Source of the DNA: Planctomycetota bacterium
GTDB taxonomy: Bacteria; Planctomycetota; UBA1135; GCA-002686595
DNA: 51,680 nucleotides
Assembly (NCBI GenBank): GCA_044359835.1
Contig: JBIKLM010000001.1
Span: 1 to 51,680, forward strand
Direction: 5' to 3'
Positions 9,778 to 18,169 of the stretch are shown here, in pieces. The notes beneath the pieces are model-generated. The model had not been told where the DNA came from. It made no database searches and saw nothing but the letters and a program-made list of their open reading frames with translations. Position 1 is the first letter of the stretch. Each line of letters begins with the position of its first letter. Made by a program: the position numbers and the translations under genes.

Positions 9778-12692
9778 CAACGGCGCGGGTCGCGGGGCGG
9801 CTGGGCGGCGATCGGGCGCTCGCGCTCCGAGGCGGGCGGCGCGGGCGGCGCTTCCGCGGGCTTGCCGGACTTCTGCTCCATGTAGCCCGGTCCGGCGCGC
9901 AGCAGGAAATTGCGCGTGTCGATCTCGAGCCACTGCGCGCTGAACAGGAACTCGTTGCGGGCCGTGGCCGGTGTGCCCTCGACGCGCACCAGACCGGTCA
10001 GGGTGTTGGCGCTCAGGCGGTCGCCGGTCAGGGTCGGGCCCTCGCTGAAGGCCAGGCGGACCCGCTCGGTGGCCTCGAGGTGGTCGAAGGGGCCATCCTC
10101 AGGGGCCGTGGGATCGAGGCGGTCGAAGCGCGCCTCGCCGGCATCCAGGGTCCAGCGCTTGCCTTCGGGTGTATGCGCCACGAAGTGCACGTCCTCGCTG
10201 AACACGATCGCCTCCGGGGTGGCCACGAGGCGCCGGGCGTCGGCTTCCAGCTCCTTGAGCGCGAAGGCGCCTTCCTGACCGGCCGGGCGCTGTTCCGCGC
10301 CGACGATGACGATCTGCGGCAGCTCGGCCACGAGGCGCTCCGCTTCGAAGCTGAACTCGCGGGCACGCAGGGTGAAGGGTTCTCCGCTGCCCGGCAGGTA
10401 ACCGGCGGTGGAGACCTGGCCGCCCTCGCGGGCGCTCAGGCGGCCGCGGCTTTGGTGGTCCACCTCGAAGCGGTCGCCGCGGCCGGTCAGCGGCGGGCTG
10501 TCGACTTTCTCGAGCTGCACGTCGCCGCGCGCGGCCAGGTTGCCGCGGCCCTCGGAGCGCCAGGACTCGGCGGCCGTTTCCTCGGGACGCTCGAAGGGGT
10601 CGAAGAACAGCGCGTCGAACTCGGCCGACAGCAGCTTGTAGTGGCCCAGGGCGTCCCGGAAGCTGGCGTCCACGGCGCCGCGCGCCTGCAGGTCGCTGCG
10701 GAACTCCCGGCTGTCGAGCTGCGGCGTGCGCAGCAGGCGCAGGGTGCCGGAGCGGATCAGGAAGTTGCGCTCGGGGCTGTTGGCCTCGGCGCGCACGTCG
10801 CCGCGCGCCAGCAGCAGCACCGGGGCGCTCCAGCGGTCCTCGCGCGGGCCATCGCCCTCGAGGCTGAGGAGCCCCCGGCCGGACAGGGACAAGGCCTCGC
10901 AGTCGAGGTCCAGGGTCAGCTGGGGCCCGGCGAACAGGGCGTGCACCGCGCCGCGGCCCTCGATCGAATCCATGCGGCGCTCGACCTGCATGGCGACGAT
11001 CGAACCGAAGCGCGATTCGAAGCGCACGGGCACGGCCGGGAGTCCTTCGCCCGCCGGGCGTCCGATCAGGGTGAAATCTTCGACCCCCAGGACCTCGACC
11101 GATTCGCCGGTCAGGTAATCGGGGCCGCTGTGGACCTCGACCTCGCCGCTGGCACGGAACGAGCGGCGCTCGGCATCGAAATCGAACAGGCGCAGGGCCT
11201 GGCCCGATAGGGAGCTCGTGCCGCTCGGGTTGTTCAGGTTGAAGGCCACCTCGCGGGCCTCGGGCACCAGCCAGGTCTGGCCTTCGGCGTGGAAGTCGAA
11301 GCCGCCGCGGGCCAACAGGTCGAGGGTCTCGCCGGCTTCCGTGCGGCCTTCGATGCGGCTGTGCCCCTGGGTCTCGAGCTCGAGCCGTCCGGTGTCGCCC
11401 AGCTCGAACAGCCGCCCTTCGAGGTTCTCGGTGCGCACCTGCCAGCCTTCGAAGTCCAGCTCCACGCCGGTCCAGGCGCGGAATTCGGTGCCGGCTTCGC
11501 TGCCAGCGCCGACCGGCGGCCGCGCCGCCAGCCCGCCCGAAGCCCACAGGCTCGCCCCGCGCCAGCGCAATTCGGCCGGCCCGGCCATCTGGAAGGTCGG
11601 CGTGGCGCCCCAGTCGACCCGCAGCGGGCCCTCGCCCCACAGCTCGACCTGGCCCCCGACGACCATCGGCCCGGCGTTGCTCTCGGGCAGCCGCAGCTTG
11701 CCGAGGGGGCTGCCGACCAGCTTGGCGTGCTGCAGTTGGCCTGCTTCGCTCAGCTCGAACTCGGCGCCCTGGGAGCGGAAGCTGTGCCCGTCGGCGCGCA
11801 GTTCCACATCGCCCCGGGCCCCCAGCTTCTCGAAACGGAAACCGCCGTCCGCGGGGCCGCTGTCCTGCTCTTCGAGGCGGCCGTCGATCTCGATCCGCCC
11901 CGCCTGCAGCGTGAGCGGGGTCACGCCCTCGACCGCCAGCAGCGCGCGGTCCTGCGCTTCGATGCGGATCGTACGCGCGCCGCTGCCGGGCCCCTGCCGG
12001 ATCTCCAGCGCCCCCGCGCAGGCCAGCCGGCTGGGCTGGCCGCCCTCCGCGCGCACCACCGTGTTGGCGTCGCGCTCGAAGGCGATCAGCCCCTGGCTTT
12101 CGTCCAGCGTCAGGCCGTGGCCTTGCGCCGAGATGCCCGAGCCGGCGATGTCGGCCCAGCCGGGGGTCACGAAGCGGCCCCGGGACAGGTCGCCGCTGAG
12201 CTCGTCCGAGGTCAGCACCAGCGGCACCAGGCGGCTGCCGCGCAGCAGCTTGACGGTCACGCCGGAGAGCTCGACCAGGCTGGACAGGCTGACCTCGCTC
12301 ACGTCCTTGCCGGGTTCCTCGAGCTCGGTGCTGCCGCGGTCCGCCAGGATCTCGACCACCAGCGCATCGGTCTCCGGGTCGAACATGCGGATGGTCAGGT
12401 CCTCGAGCAGCACGCGGCGATCCTCGCCCGGCCCCGAATCACCGGCGGTGAACTCGATCGAGCGGCCGTCGCTCCCGGACTCGCCTTCGGCGTACTGCAC
12501 CAGGCTGAAACGCCCGCGCGGAATCATCGTGATGCCCGGCGCGGCCTCGCCCAGGGCCTCGGGGGGCGGCGGCTCCTGCAGCGGCCCCAAATCGATGCCC
12601 GGGACCTTGCTGGACTGCCGCGAATCGAGCCAGAACAGCACCCCGAGCCCCAGCCCGAACAGCCCCACGAATCCCAGCGCCTGTTTGATCAT
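9777..12692 (-). CDS. 971-aa membrane-anchored periplasmic protein with repeated LptC/LptA (OstA-like) beta-jellyroll-like segments
   Basis: The ATG at 12692 (MIKQALGFVGLFGLGLGVLFWL, a single TM anchor) overlaps the kdsC stop (ATGA). The stop overlaps the lptD-like start. The gene occupies the position that lptC/lptA hold downstream of kdsC in E. coli. The CDS call is firm; the function is inferred. Confidence 0.6.
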   Translation of the reverse strand: MIKQALGFVGLFGLGLGVLFWLDSRQSSKVPGIDLGPLQEPPPPEALGEAAPGITMIPRGRFSLVQYAEGESGSDGRSIEFTAGDSGPGEDRRVLLEDLTIRMFDPETDALVVEILADRGSTELEEPGKDVSEVSLSSLVELSGVTVKLLRGSRLVPLVLTSDELSGDLSRGRFVTPGWADIAGSGISAQGHGLTLDESQGLIAFERDANTVVRAEGGQPSRLACAGALEIRQGPGSGARTIRIEAQDRALLAVEGVTPLTLQAGRIEIDGRLEEQDSGPADGGFRFEKLGARGDVELRADGHSFRSQGAEFELSEAGQLQHAKLVGSPLGKLRLPESNAGPMVVGGQVELWGEGPLRVDWGATPTFQMAGPAELRWRGASLWASGGLAARPPVGAGSEAGTEFRAWTGVELDFEGWQVRTENLEGRLFELGDTGRLELETQGHSRIEGRTEAGETLDLLARGGFDFHAEGQTWLVPEAREVAFNLNNPSGTSSLSGQALRLFDFDAERRSFRASGEVEVHSGPDYLTGESVEVLGVEDFTLIGRPAGEGLPAVPVRFESRFGSIVAMQVERRMDSIEGRGAVHALFAGPQLTLDLDCEALSLSGRGLLSLEGDGPREDRWSAPVLLLARGDVRAEANSPERNFLIRSGTLRLLRTPQLDSREFRSDLQARGAVDASFRDALGHYKLLSAEFDALFFDPFERPEETAAESWRSEGRGNLAARGDVQLEKVDSPPLTGRGDRFEVDHQSRGRLSAREGGQVSTAGYLPGSGEPFTLRAREFSFEAERLVAELPQIVIVGAEQRPAGQEGAFALKELEADARRLVATPEAIVFSEDVHFVAHTPEGKRWTLDAGEARFDRLDPTAPEDGPFDHLEATERVRLAFSEGPTLTGDRLSANTLTGLVRVEGTPATARNEFLFSAQWLEIDTRNFLLRAGPGYMEQKSGKPAEAPPAPPASERERPIAAQPPRDPRR

Positions 12693-13237
12693 CGAGCCGC
12701 TCCCCGGGGCGCGCGCTGCTCGCGCGCGGCCAAGAGCAGCTCGCACAGCTCGCGCACGGCGCCGTGGCCCCCGGGCCGCGAGAGCTTGATCTGGGCCGCG
12801 CTCCGGACCCGCGATTCGGCGTCCGCGGGGCAGGCGCACAGGCCGGCCCGGGCGAACAGCGGCAGGTCCGGGAGGTCGTCGCCGACCGCCAGCGTCGCCG
12901 CGGGATCCAGCTCCAATTCGGCTTGCAGGCGCTCCAAGGCCAGGTCCTTGGGCCCGCACTGGGGCAGGTACCGATCGATCTCGAGCTCGCGCGCCCGCCG
13001 CGCCGTGGCCGGGCAGCCCCGCCCGGTGATGAAGGCCAGCTTGAAGCCCGCCTGCTTGAGGCGCACCAGCCCGAGGCCATCGCGCACGTCGAAACGCTGC
13101 ACTTCGACCCCCGCCGGCCCGTAGTAGATGCCGCCGTCCGTCAGGGTGCCGTCGACGTCCAGGGCCACCAGCTGGATCCGCTGGAGAGCTGCTTGGAGGC
13201 GCGACTCGAGGCGCTCGAATTCGAGGGGGGGATTCAC
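12689..13237 (-). CDS. kdsC: 3-deoxy-D-manno-octulosonate 8-phosphate phosphatase (HAD superfamily, KdsC family)
   Basis: LVALDVDGTLTDGGIYY (DxDGT motif I), FKLAFITGR, and VGDDLPDLPLF..AGL..CPADA match the KdsC motifs. Confidence 0.8.
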   Translation of the reverse strand: MNPPLEFERLESRLQAALQRIQLVALDVDGTLTDGGIYYGPAGVEVQRFDVRDGLGLVRLKQAGFKLAFITGRGCPATARRARELEIDRYLPQCGPKDLALERLQAELELDPAATLAVGDDLPDLPLFARAGLCACPADAESRVRSAAQIKLSRPGGHGAVRELCELLLAAREQRAPRGAAR

Positions 13238-13665
13238 GGCCTGCGGTCGCTTGCCGCACGGCCCAGGTTAGCGAGCGCGGGCACCTGGGCGCGAGGCCGC
13301 AGTCCGCGGCACGCCCGGGCCGTGCGCTGTGGCGGCGCCGAGCGCTGCGCGCGGTGCCCGCTCCGGGCGACCCGCTCGCGCCGTCCGCCTGGCGCTTGGC
13401 GGGACCCGAGCTTGCTTCGGGGACTCCCGAGGGGCGCGCGGATCCGCGCCATGCCTCGTCGGCCCGACCCGCCGCAGAATCGAGCGCCGCGTGGGCCCGC
13501 CGTCGCGGGACCATCTTCTGGCCGGGAAGCCGTCGAGCTGGACCGCTAACGGCCGCGCCCGCGGCAGCCTCGATCGCGCCCGGGGGGCCCCGGGCGGCCC
13601 AACCGCGTCGCGGCGGCGGCTCGCCCGGCTCGGACGCCGGTCGAGTCGCTCGCGGGTTCCGCTTT

Positions 13666-14268
13666 TCAGCGGCCGCCCAGCACGCGCCCCAGCAGGGTGC
13701 CCATCATGCAGGTGCCAGAGAGGCCCGCGTGGATCAGACCCAGGCCCACCACCAGGGCCAGGCCGTGGAAGCCCGGGTGCAGCGTGAGCCCCAGCGTGGT
13801 GCCGATCAGGACCAGGCTGCCGGCGATGAGCCGCACCCGGTTCATGATGCGCTGCTCGGGATCGGCGGAGCCGGACGGGGCGCCGCTGGACAGGGCGCAG
13901 GCCGCGCCGCTGACGCCGCCGGCCGAAGGCAGCGCGCGCTCGATCGGCAGGCCGGCCTTGGCCCAGGCTTCGGTTCCGCCGGCCACCGAAATAGGCTGGC
14001 TGTCGAAGCGCGCTTCCGCGAGCTGGCCGCAGGCGCGCGCGGAGCGCACGCCGGAGCGGCAGATCACGTACACGGGGCCTTCGCCGGGCAGCGCGCGGAC
14101 GCGCTCGGCGCTGAGCTGATCCAGCGGGATCGAGATCGCACCGTGGGCGTGGTAAGCGGCGAATTCTTCCGCGCTGCGCACGTCGATCAGACGCAGCGGC
14201 TCGCCGGCGTGCACGCGGCCGGCCAGGGCTTCGGGGGTGATGCTCGCGATCGTGCTCGTTCCGTTCAT
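13666..14268 (-). CDS. rhodanese-domain sulfurtransferase fused to a DUF2892 membrane domain (YgaP-like)
   Basis: The ATG at 14268 (MNGTSTI...) starts the gene. The rhodanese active-site loop is VYVICRSGVRSARA. The C-terminal hydrophobic hairpin is RLIAGSLVLIGTTLGL...LSGTCMMGTLL (DUF2892). Confidence 0.8.
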   Translation of the reverse strand: MNGTSTIASITPEALAGRVHAGEPLRLIDVRSAEEFAAYHAHGAISIPLDQLSAERVRALPGEGPVYVICRSGVRSARACGQLAEARFDSQPISVAGGTEAWAKAGLPIERALPSAGGVSGAACALSSGAPSGSADPEQRIMNRVRLIAGSLVLIGTTLGLTLHPGFHGLALVVGLGLIHAGLSGTCMMGTLLGRVLGGR

Positions 14269-14462
14269 GGGCTTGCTCGTCGTCTTCTGAGGCCAGGGGA
14301 CCCGCGGCGGGCGGCGCCGCTTCCATTCCTTTGAGCCCGGCCCGCCGGGCAGGTTCCTGAGCCCGAGGGATCCCGCCGAAACCACCTATGGCGAGGCGGG
14401 CCCTGCGCCGCTCGGGCCGCCGGAGAATCGCGAGCGCGCCCGCCCGGGCCGCGGCCCGAGCC

Positions 14463-15242
14463 TCAGCGCAGGGCGGACAGGAGCTGCTCGCCCAGGATGA
14501 ACAGGGACAGCGCCAGCAACAGCCCGGCGAAGGCGCGCTGCAGGGTCTCGCGGGGCAGGCGCTGGGCCCAGCGGGCGCCGAACAGGCTGCCCAGGGCGCC
14601 GAGCGCCACGAACAGCCCGAGCGTGCCCCAATCGAGCTCGAGGCCGAGCTCCGAGAGCAGGCTCAGGTGGCGGCCCAGGCCGGCGGCGGAGTTGGCGGCG
14701 ATGATCGCCAGGCTGGTGCCCATGGCCACCTGCAGCTCGAGCCCGCCGAGCAGCACCAGGGCCGGCACGATCAAGAAGCCGCCGCCCACGCCCACCAAAC
14801 CGGTCAAGAGGCCTACCAGGAGGCCGTCGAGCGCCATCTGCACGGGGCCGCGCGCGGGCCGCGGCGTCGTGCGCGGCTCGGCCAGGGAGTTGCGCAGCAT
14901 GAACAGCGCTGCCGCCGCCACCACGCCGCCGAACAGGGCCATCTGCAGGCCGCCGGGCACGAAGCGCGAGAGGGATGCTCCCAGCAGGGTGCCCAGCATG
15001 CCGGGCCCGCCGAAGCCGAGCACGCGGCCCCAGCGCACCTCGCCGCGCCGCGCGCGCGGCAGCATCGCCACCAGGCTGACGGCGCCGACCACCACCAGCG
15101 AGCCCGCCACCGCCTGCTTCTCCTGCCAGCCCAAGCCGAAGTGCAGCACCGGCACGGTCAGGATCGCCCCGCCGGAGCCGAGCAGGCCCAGGGTCAGGCC
15201 GATCAGGAGCGCCCCGGTCAGGGGCAGGAGCAGGGCGGGCAT
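14463..15242 (-). CDS. TauE/SafE family sulfite/anion exporter
   Basis: The ATG at 15242 (MPALLLPLTGALLIGLTLGLLGSGGAILTVP) starts the gene. A repeated GxGGG motif (LVGVGGGFLIVPAL) and about 7 TM spans are present. Confidence 0.8.
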   Translation of the reverse strand: MPALLLPLTGALLIGLTLGLLGSGGAILTVPVLHFGLGWQEKQAVAGSLVVVGAVSLVAMLPRARRGEVRWGRVLGFGGPGMLGTLLGASLSRFVPGGLQMALFGGVVAAAALFMLRNSLAEPRTTPRPARGPVQMALDGLLVGLLTGLVGVGGGFLIVPALVLLGGLELQVAMGTSLAIIAANSAAGLGRHLSLLSELGLELDWGTLGLFVALGALGSLFGARWAQRLPRETLQRAFAGLLLALSLFILGEQLLSALR

Positions 15243-15658
15243 CGCGGTCGGGAGGGGCCCTGGGCGGCGCCTATGCGCCGGGCGTCGGCCCAAGGGGTGA
15301 GAGCCGCGCCGAAAGCGCGGGTTCGCGGCGAGGCCAGGATTCCACGGGGAACCGCGCGGCCAGCGCGGCTTCCTCCGCTGGCGGCAGGCAATAGCCTCCA
15401 GGGTCTGGCTCTCCGGCGATCGAGGCCCCCGGTATCTCTTGCTCGAAGTCCGCGCTGCCGCCGCCGAGGATCAGCATCTGGAACTGCTGCTGGCTGGCGG
15501 TCGGCACCGCAAGGCACGCGGGTCACGGGAAGGGTCCGGGTTCGGCGGGACCGCGCCCCTGCCCAGAGGCGCGGCCCGCCGATCCACCCGGCGGCGCTGC
15601 GAGGAGGCGGCGCCGTCGGGCCGGGCGCTGCCCGCGCCCGCGGATGGAGGAGTTCAGG

Positions 15659-17053
15659 TCAACCCTTGGCCGGGCTGTGGGCCGCGTCCCAGGCGGTCAT
15701 GCCGCCCTTGAGGTCGGCCAGGCGCTGGAAGCCGCGCGCCTGCAGCAGGCTGGCGGCCAGGGACGAGCGATAGCCCGAGCGGCACACGATCGCCAGGGGG
15801 CGCTTCGGGTCCAGCTCGGCGAGCCGGTTGGGCAGCTGGTTGAGCGGGATCAGCGTGGCGCCGGGCAGCGCGCCGCCGGCGGTCTCGGCGGGCGTGCGGA
15901 TGTCGAGCACCTGCGGGCGCTCCGCGGAGCCGATCCAGGTTTCGAAGGGGCGCGGCTCCAGGCGCTCGAAGCGCTGGATCAGCTCGCTGCGGGTCTTGGC
16001 CCAGCTCGGGTCGAAGGCCAGGGAACCCTGCAGGTTGTCGAGGCCGATGCGGCCCAGGCGCGTGGCTGCTTCCGCGTGCTGATCGGCCCGGCCCACGATC
16101 ACGATCGGGCCCTTGGGCGGCAGCATCGTGCCGGCCCAGGTGGCGAAGCTGCCGGACAGGCCGATGTTGAGGCTGCCGGAGAGGTGGCCGGTGGCGAATT
16201 CGTCCGCATCGCGCACGTCGAGCAGCGTCGCGCCGGAGTTGGCCAGGCGCAGGGCGGCTTCGAGGCCGAGGGGCTTGAGCTTCTTGCCCAGGGAATCCTC
16301 CAGAGTCTCGCGATTCTGGCGGTTCAAGATCGCGTCGTGCACGAAGTACTGCGGCGCTTCCGGCTGGCCGGCGCTGACCAGGGCGATGAAGTCTGCCTCG
16401 GACATGGGCTGCAGGGCGTAGTTGCTGGCGCGCTGCTGGCCGAGGGTCGAGACCTTCTCGTTGGACAGGTTCTTGCCGCACATCGAGCCGGCGCCGTGGG
16501 CCGGATAGATCAGGGTGCTGTCGGGCAGCTTGAGCAGCTTCTGGTGCAGCGAGCGGTACAGCATGGCCCCGAGCTGCTCCGACGTGAAACCGATCGAGGC
16601 CAACAGATCCGGGCGGCCCACGTCGCCGATGAACAGCGTGTCGCCGGTCAAGGCCGCGTAGGGCTGTTTGGCGTCCTTGCGCTTGTCGTACACCAGGTAG
16701 GTGACGCCCTCCGGCGTGTGGCCGGGGGTGTGCAGCACGGCGATGGCCAGATCCTGGAACTCGAGGCGCTCGCCGTCGGCGTAGAGGTCCGCCGGATACT
16801 CCGGCTTGACAGCGTTGCCGAGTCCGATGCGCGCGCCAGTGCGCTTTTGCAGCTCGAGGTGGCCGGCGACGAAATCCGCGTGGTAGTGGGTCAGCAGCAC
16901 ATGCCGGATCGTGGCCCCGAGCTGCTGGGCATCGCGCACGTACTGGTCCACGTCGCGCTGCGGGTCGACCACCAAAGCCGTGCGGCTGCCCTCGTCGACC
17001 AGCAGGTAGGAGGCGTGGGCCAGGCAACCGAGGTAGTACTGCTTGAGGATCAT
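15659..17053 (-). CDS. MBL-fold persulfide dioxygenase fused to two rhodanese domains (CstB/ETHE1-rhodanese-like)
   Basis: LLTHYHADFVAGH (HxHxDH metal site). The first rhodanese-like domain lacks Cys (PIVIVGRADQH). The second carries the catalytic loop AIVCRSGYRSS. Confidence 0.85.
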   Translation of the reverse strand: MILKQYYLGCLAHASYLLVDEGSRTALVVDPQRDVDQYVRDAQQLGATIRHVLLTHYHADFVAGHLELQKRTGARIGLGNAVKPEYPADLYADGERLEFQDLAIAVLHTPGHTPEGVTYLVYDKRKDAKQPYAALTGDTLFIGDVGRPDLLASIGFTSEQLGAMLYRSLHQKLLKLPDSTLIYPAHGAGSMCGKNLSNEKVSTLGQQRASNYALQPMSEADFIALVSAGQPEAPQYFVHDAILNRQNRETLEDSLGKKLKPLGLEAALRLANSGATLLDVRDADEFATGHLSGSLNIGLSGSFATWAGTMLPPKGPIVIVGRADQHAEAATRLGRIGLDNLQGSLAFDPSWAKTRSELIQRFERLEPRPFETWIGSAERPQVLDIRTPAETAGGALPGATLIPLNQLPNRLAELDPKRPLAIVCRSGYRSSLAASLLQARGFQRLADLKGGMTAWDAAHSPAKG

Positions 17054-17431
17054 GGCGCGTCTTGTGTTCGGTGCAGCGCCGGGGCGGGGAGGATCCCCCT
17101 CCAGGTCGCTCCCGGGCTGCCTTCCATTGGAGCCGGCCGTCCCCCGGGGGGTTCCCGGAGCGGCCGACGGCCTCGGCGATGGGAACTAAGTCTCGTTCGC
17201 AGGGGAGTTTACGGATACTGGAGCCGGCCGGGGTCGCGTGCCAGGTGCGGGCCTGTCCAGGCGAGGATTTGGACAGGCTGGCCCCGAGACCCGGGCGGCT
17301 GGGACGGCGGCGCCCGCGGGTTCCGGGCCGGGCGCCGAGCCGCGGCGCGCCACCGGGGCCCACGGGCCAGCGCCTGGAGCCCGGCCCGTCCGAGGGCCTA
17401 CCTTGGGCTCGGCGCTCCGCCGCGCCGCCCT

Positions 17432-18169
17432 GTGCGCCTGCTGACCTACAACATCCACAAGGGCTGGAGCCTGCTCAACCGGCAGTTCGTGCTGGAGCGC
17501 ATGCGGCTCCTGATCCGCGAGGCGGAGGCGGACGTGGTCTTCCTGCAGGAGGTCCAGGGCGAGCACCGCGGCCATGCGCGGAGCCAGCGCGATTGGCCTG
17601 CGGAACCGCAATTCGAATTCCTGGCGGACACGCTCTGGCCGCACTTCGCCTACGGCCGCAACGCGCTCTACGACGACGGCCACCACGGCAATGCGATCCT
17701 GTCGCGCTTTCCCTTCGTGGCCCACGAGAACATCGACGTCTCCAACAGCCGCCTGGAGCGCCGCGGGCTGCTGCACGGCACGATCGCGGCCCCCGGTTGG
17801 CCGGAGCCCCTGCACCTGGTCTGCCTGCACCTCGATCTGTTCGAGCGCGGCCGCCGGCGCCAGGCTGAGCGCCTGTGCGAGCGCGTGGAGCAGCACGTGC
17901 CCGCGGCGGCGCCCCTGGTGATCGCCGGGGACTTCAACGATTGGCGCGGCACCGTCGGCGGCCAGCTCGAGCGCCGCCTCCACTTGGTGGACGCCCACAA
18001 GGCCCTGCACGGCGGGCACGCGCGCACCTTCCCGAGCGCTTTTCCCCTGCTGCGCCTCGATCGCATCTACCTGCGCGGCCTGCGCCCTCGCGCGGCGATC
18101 TGCCCCGACGGCGAGCAGTGGCGTGCGCTCTCCGACCATTGTCCGCTGCTGGCCGAGGTCGAGCCGTGA
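17432..18169 (+). CDS. endonuclease/exonuclease/phosphatase (EEP) family protein, YbhP-like
   Basis: LLTYNIHKG, VVFLQEV, GNAILSRFP, VIAGDFNDW and LSDHCPLLAEV are the canonical EEP motifs. The GTG at 17432 is the nearest in-frame start, so the start is uncertain. The stop overlaps the cls start (GTGA). Confidence 0.7.
   Translation: MRLLTYNIHKGWSLLNRQFVLERMRLLIREAEADVVFLQEVQGEHRGHARSQRDWPAEPQFEFLADTLWPHFAYGRNALYDDGHHGNAILSRFPFVAHENIDVSNSRLERRGLLHGTIAAPGWPEPLHLVCLHLDLFERGRRRQAERLCERVEQHVPAAAPLVIAGDFNDWRGTVGGQLERRLHLVDAHKALHGGHARTFPSAFPLLRLDRIYLRGLRPRAAICPDGEQWRALSDHCPLLAEVEP

Noticed and set aside
7060-9885. 941-aa plus-strand ORF and the 766-aa minus-strand ORF at 7238..9538
   Set aside because: They overlap the LptD-like gene in other frames. 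They have no motifs and a junk composition, whereas the LptD frame has an aromatic-rich beta-barrel character and operon coupling.
12693-13514. N-terminal extension of the 1245-aa ORF (9777..13514) across kdsC
   Set aside because: The extension overlaps the well-supported kdsC gene in another frame and is Arg/Pro/Gly junk. The internal ATG at 12692 yields a TM anchor and an ATGA overlap with the kdsC stop.
15271-15507. 78-aa minus-strand ORF in the PDO-TauE gap whose QMLILGGGSADFEQE resembles a Rossmann GxGxxG start (possible sulfide:quinone oxidoreductase remnant)
   Set aside because: The only similarity is a five-residue glycine motif. The following residues do not fit the FAD-binding pattern, and the rest is junk-like. 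This is not supportable without a BLASTX search.
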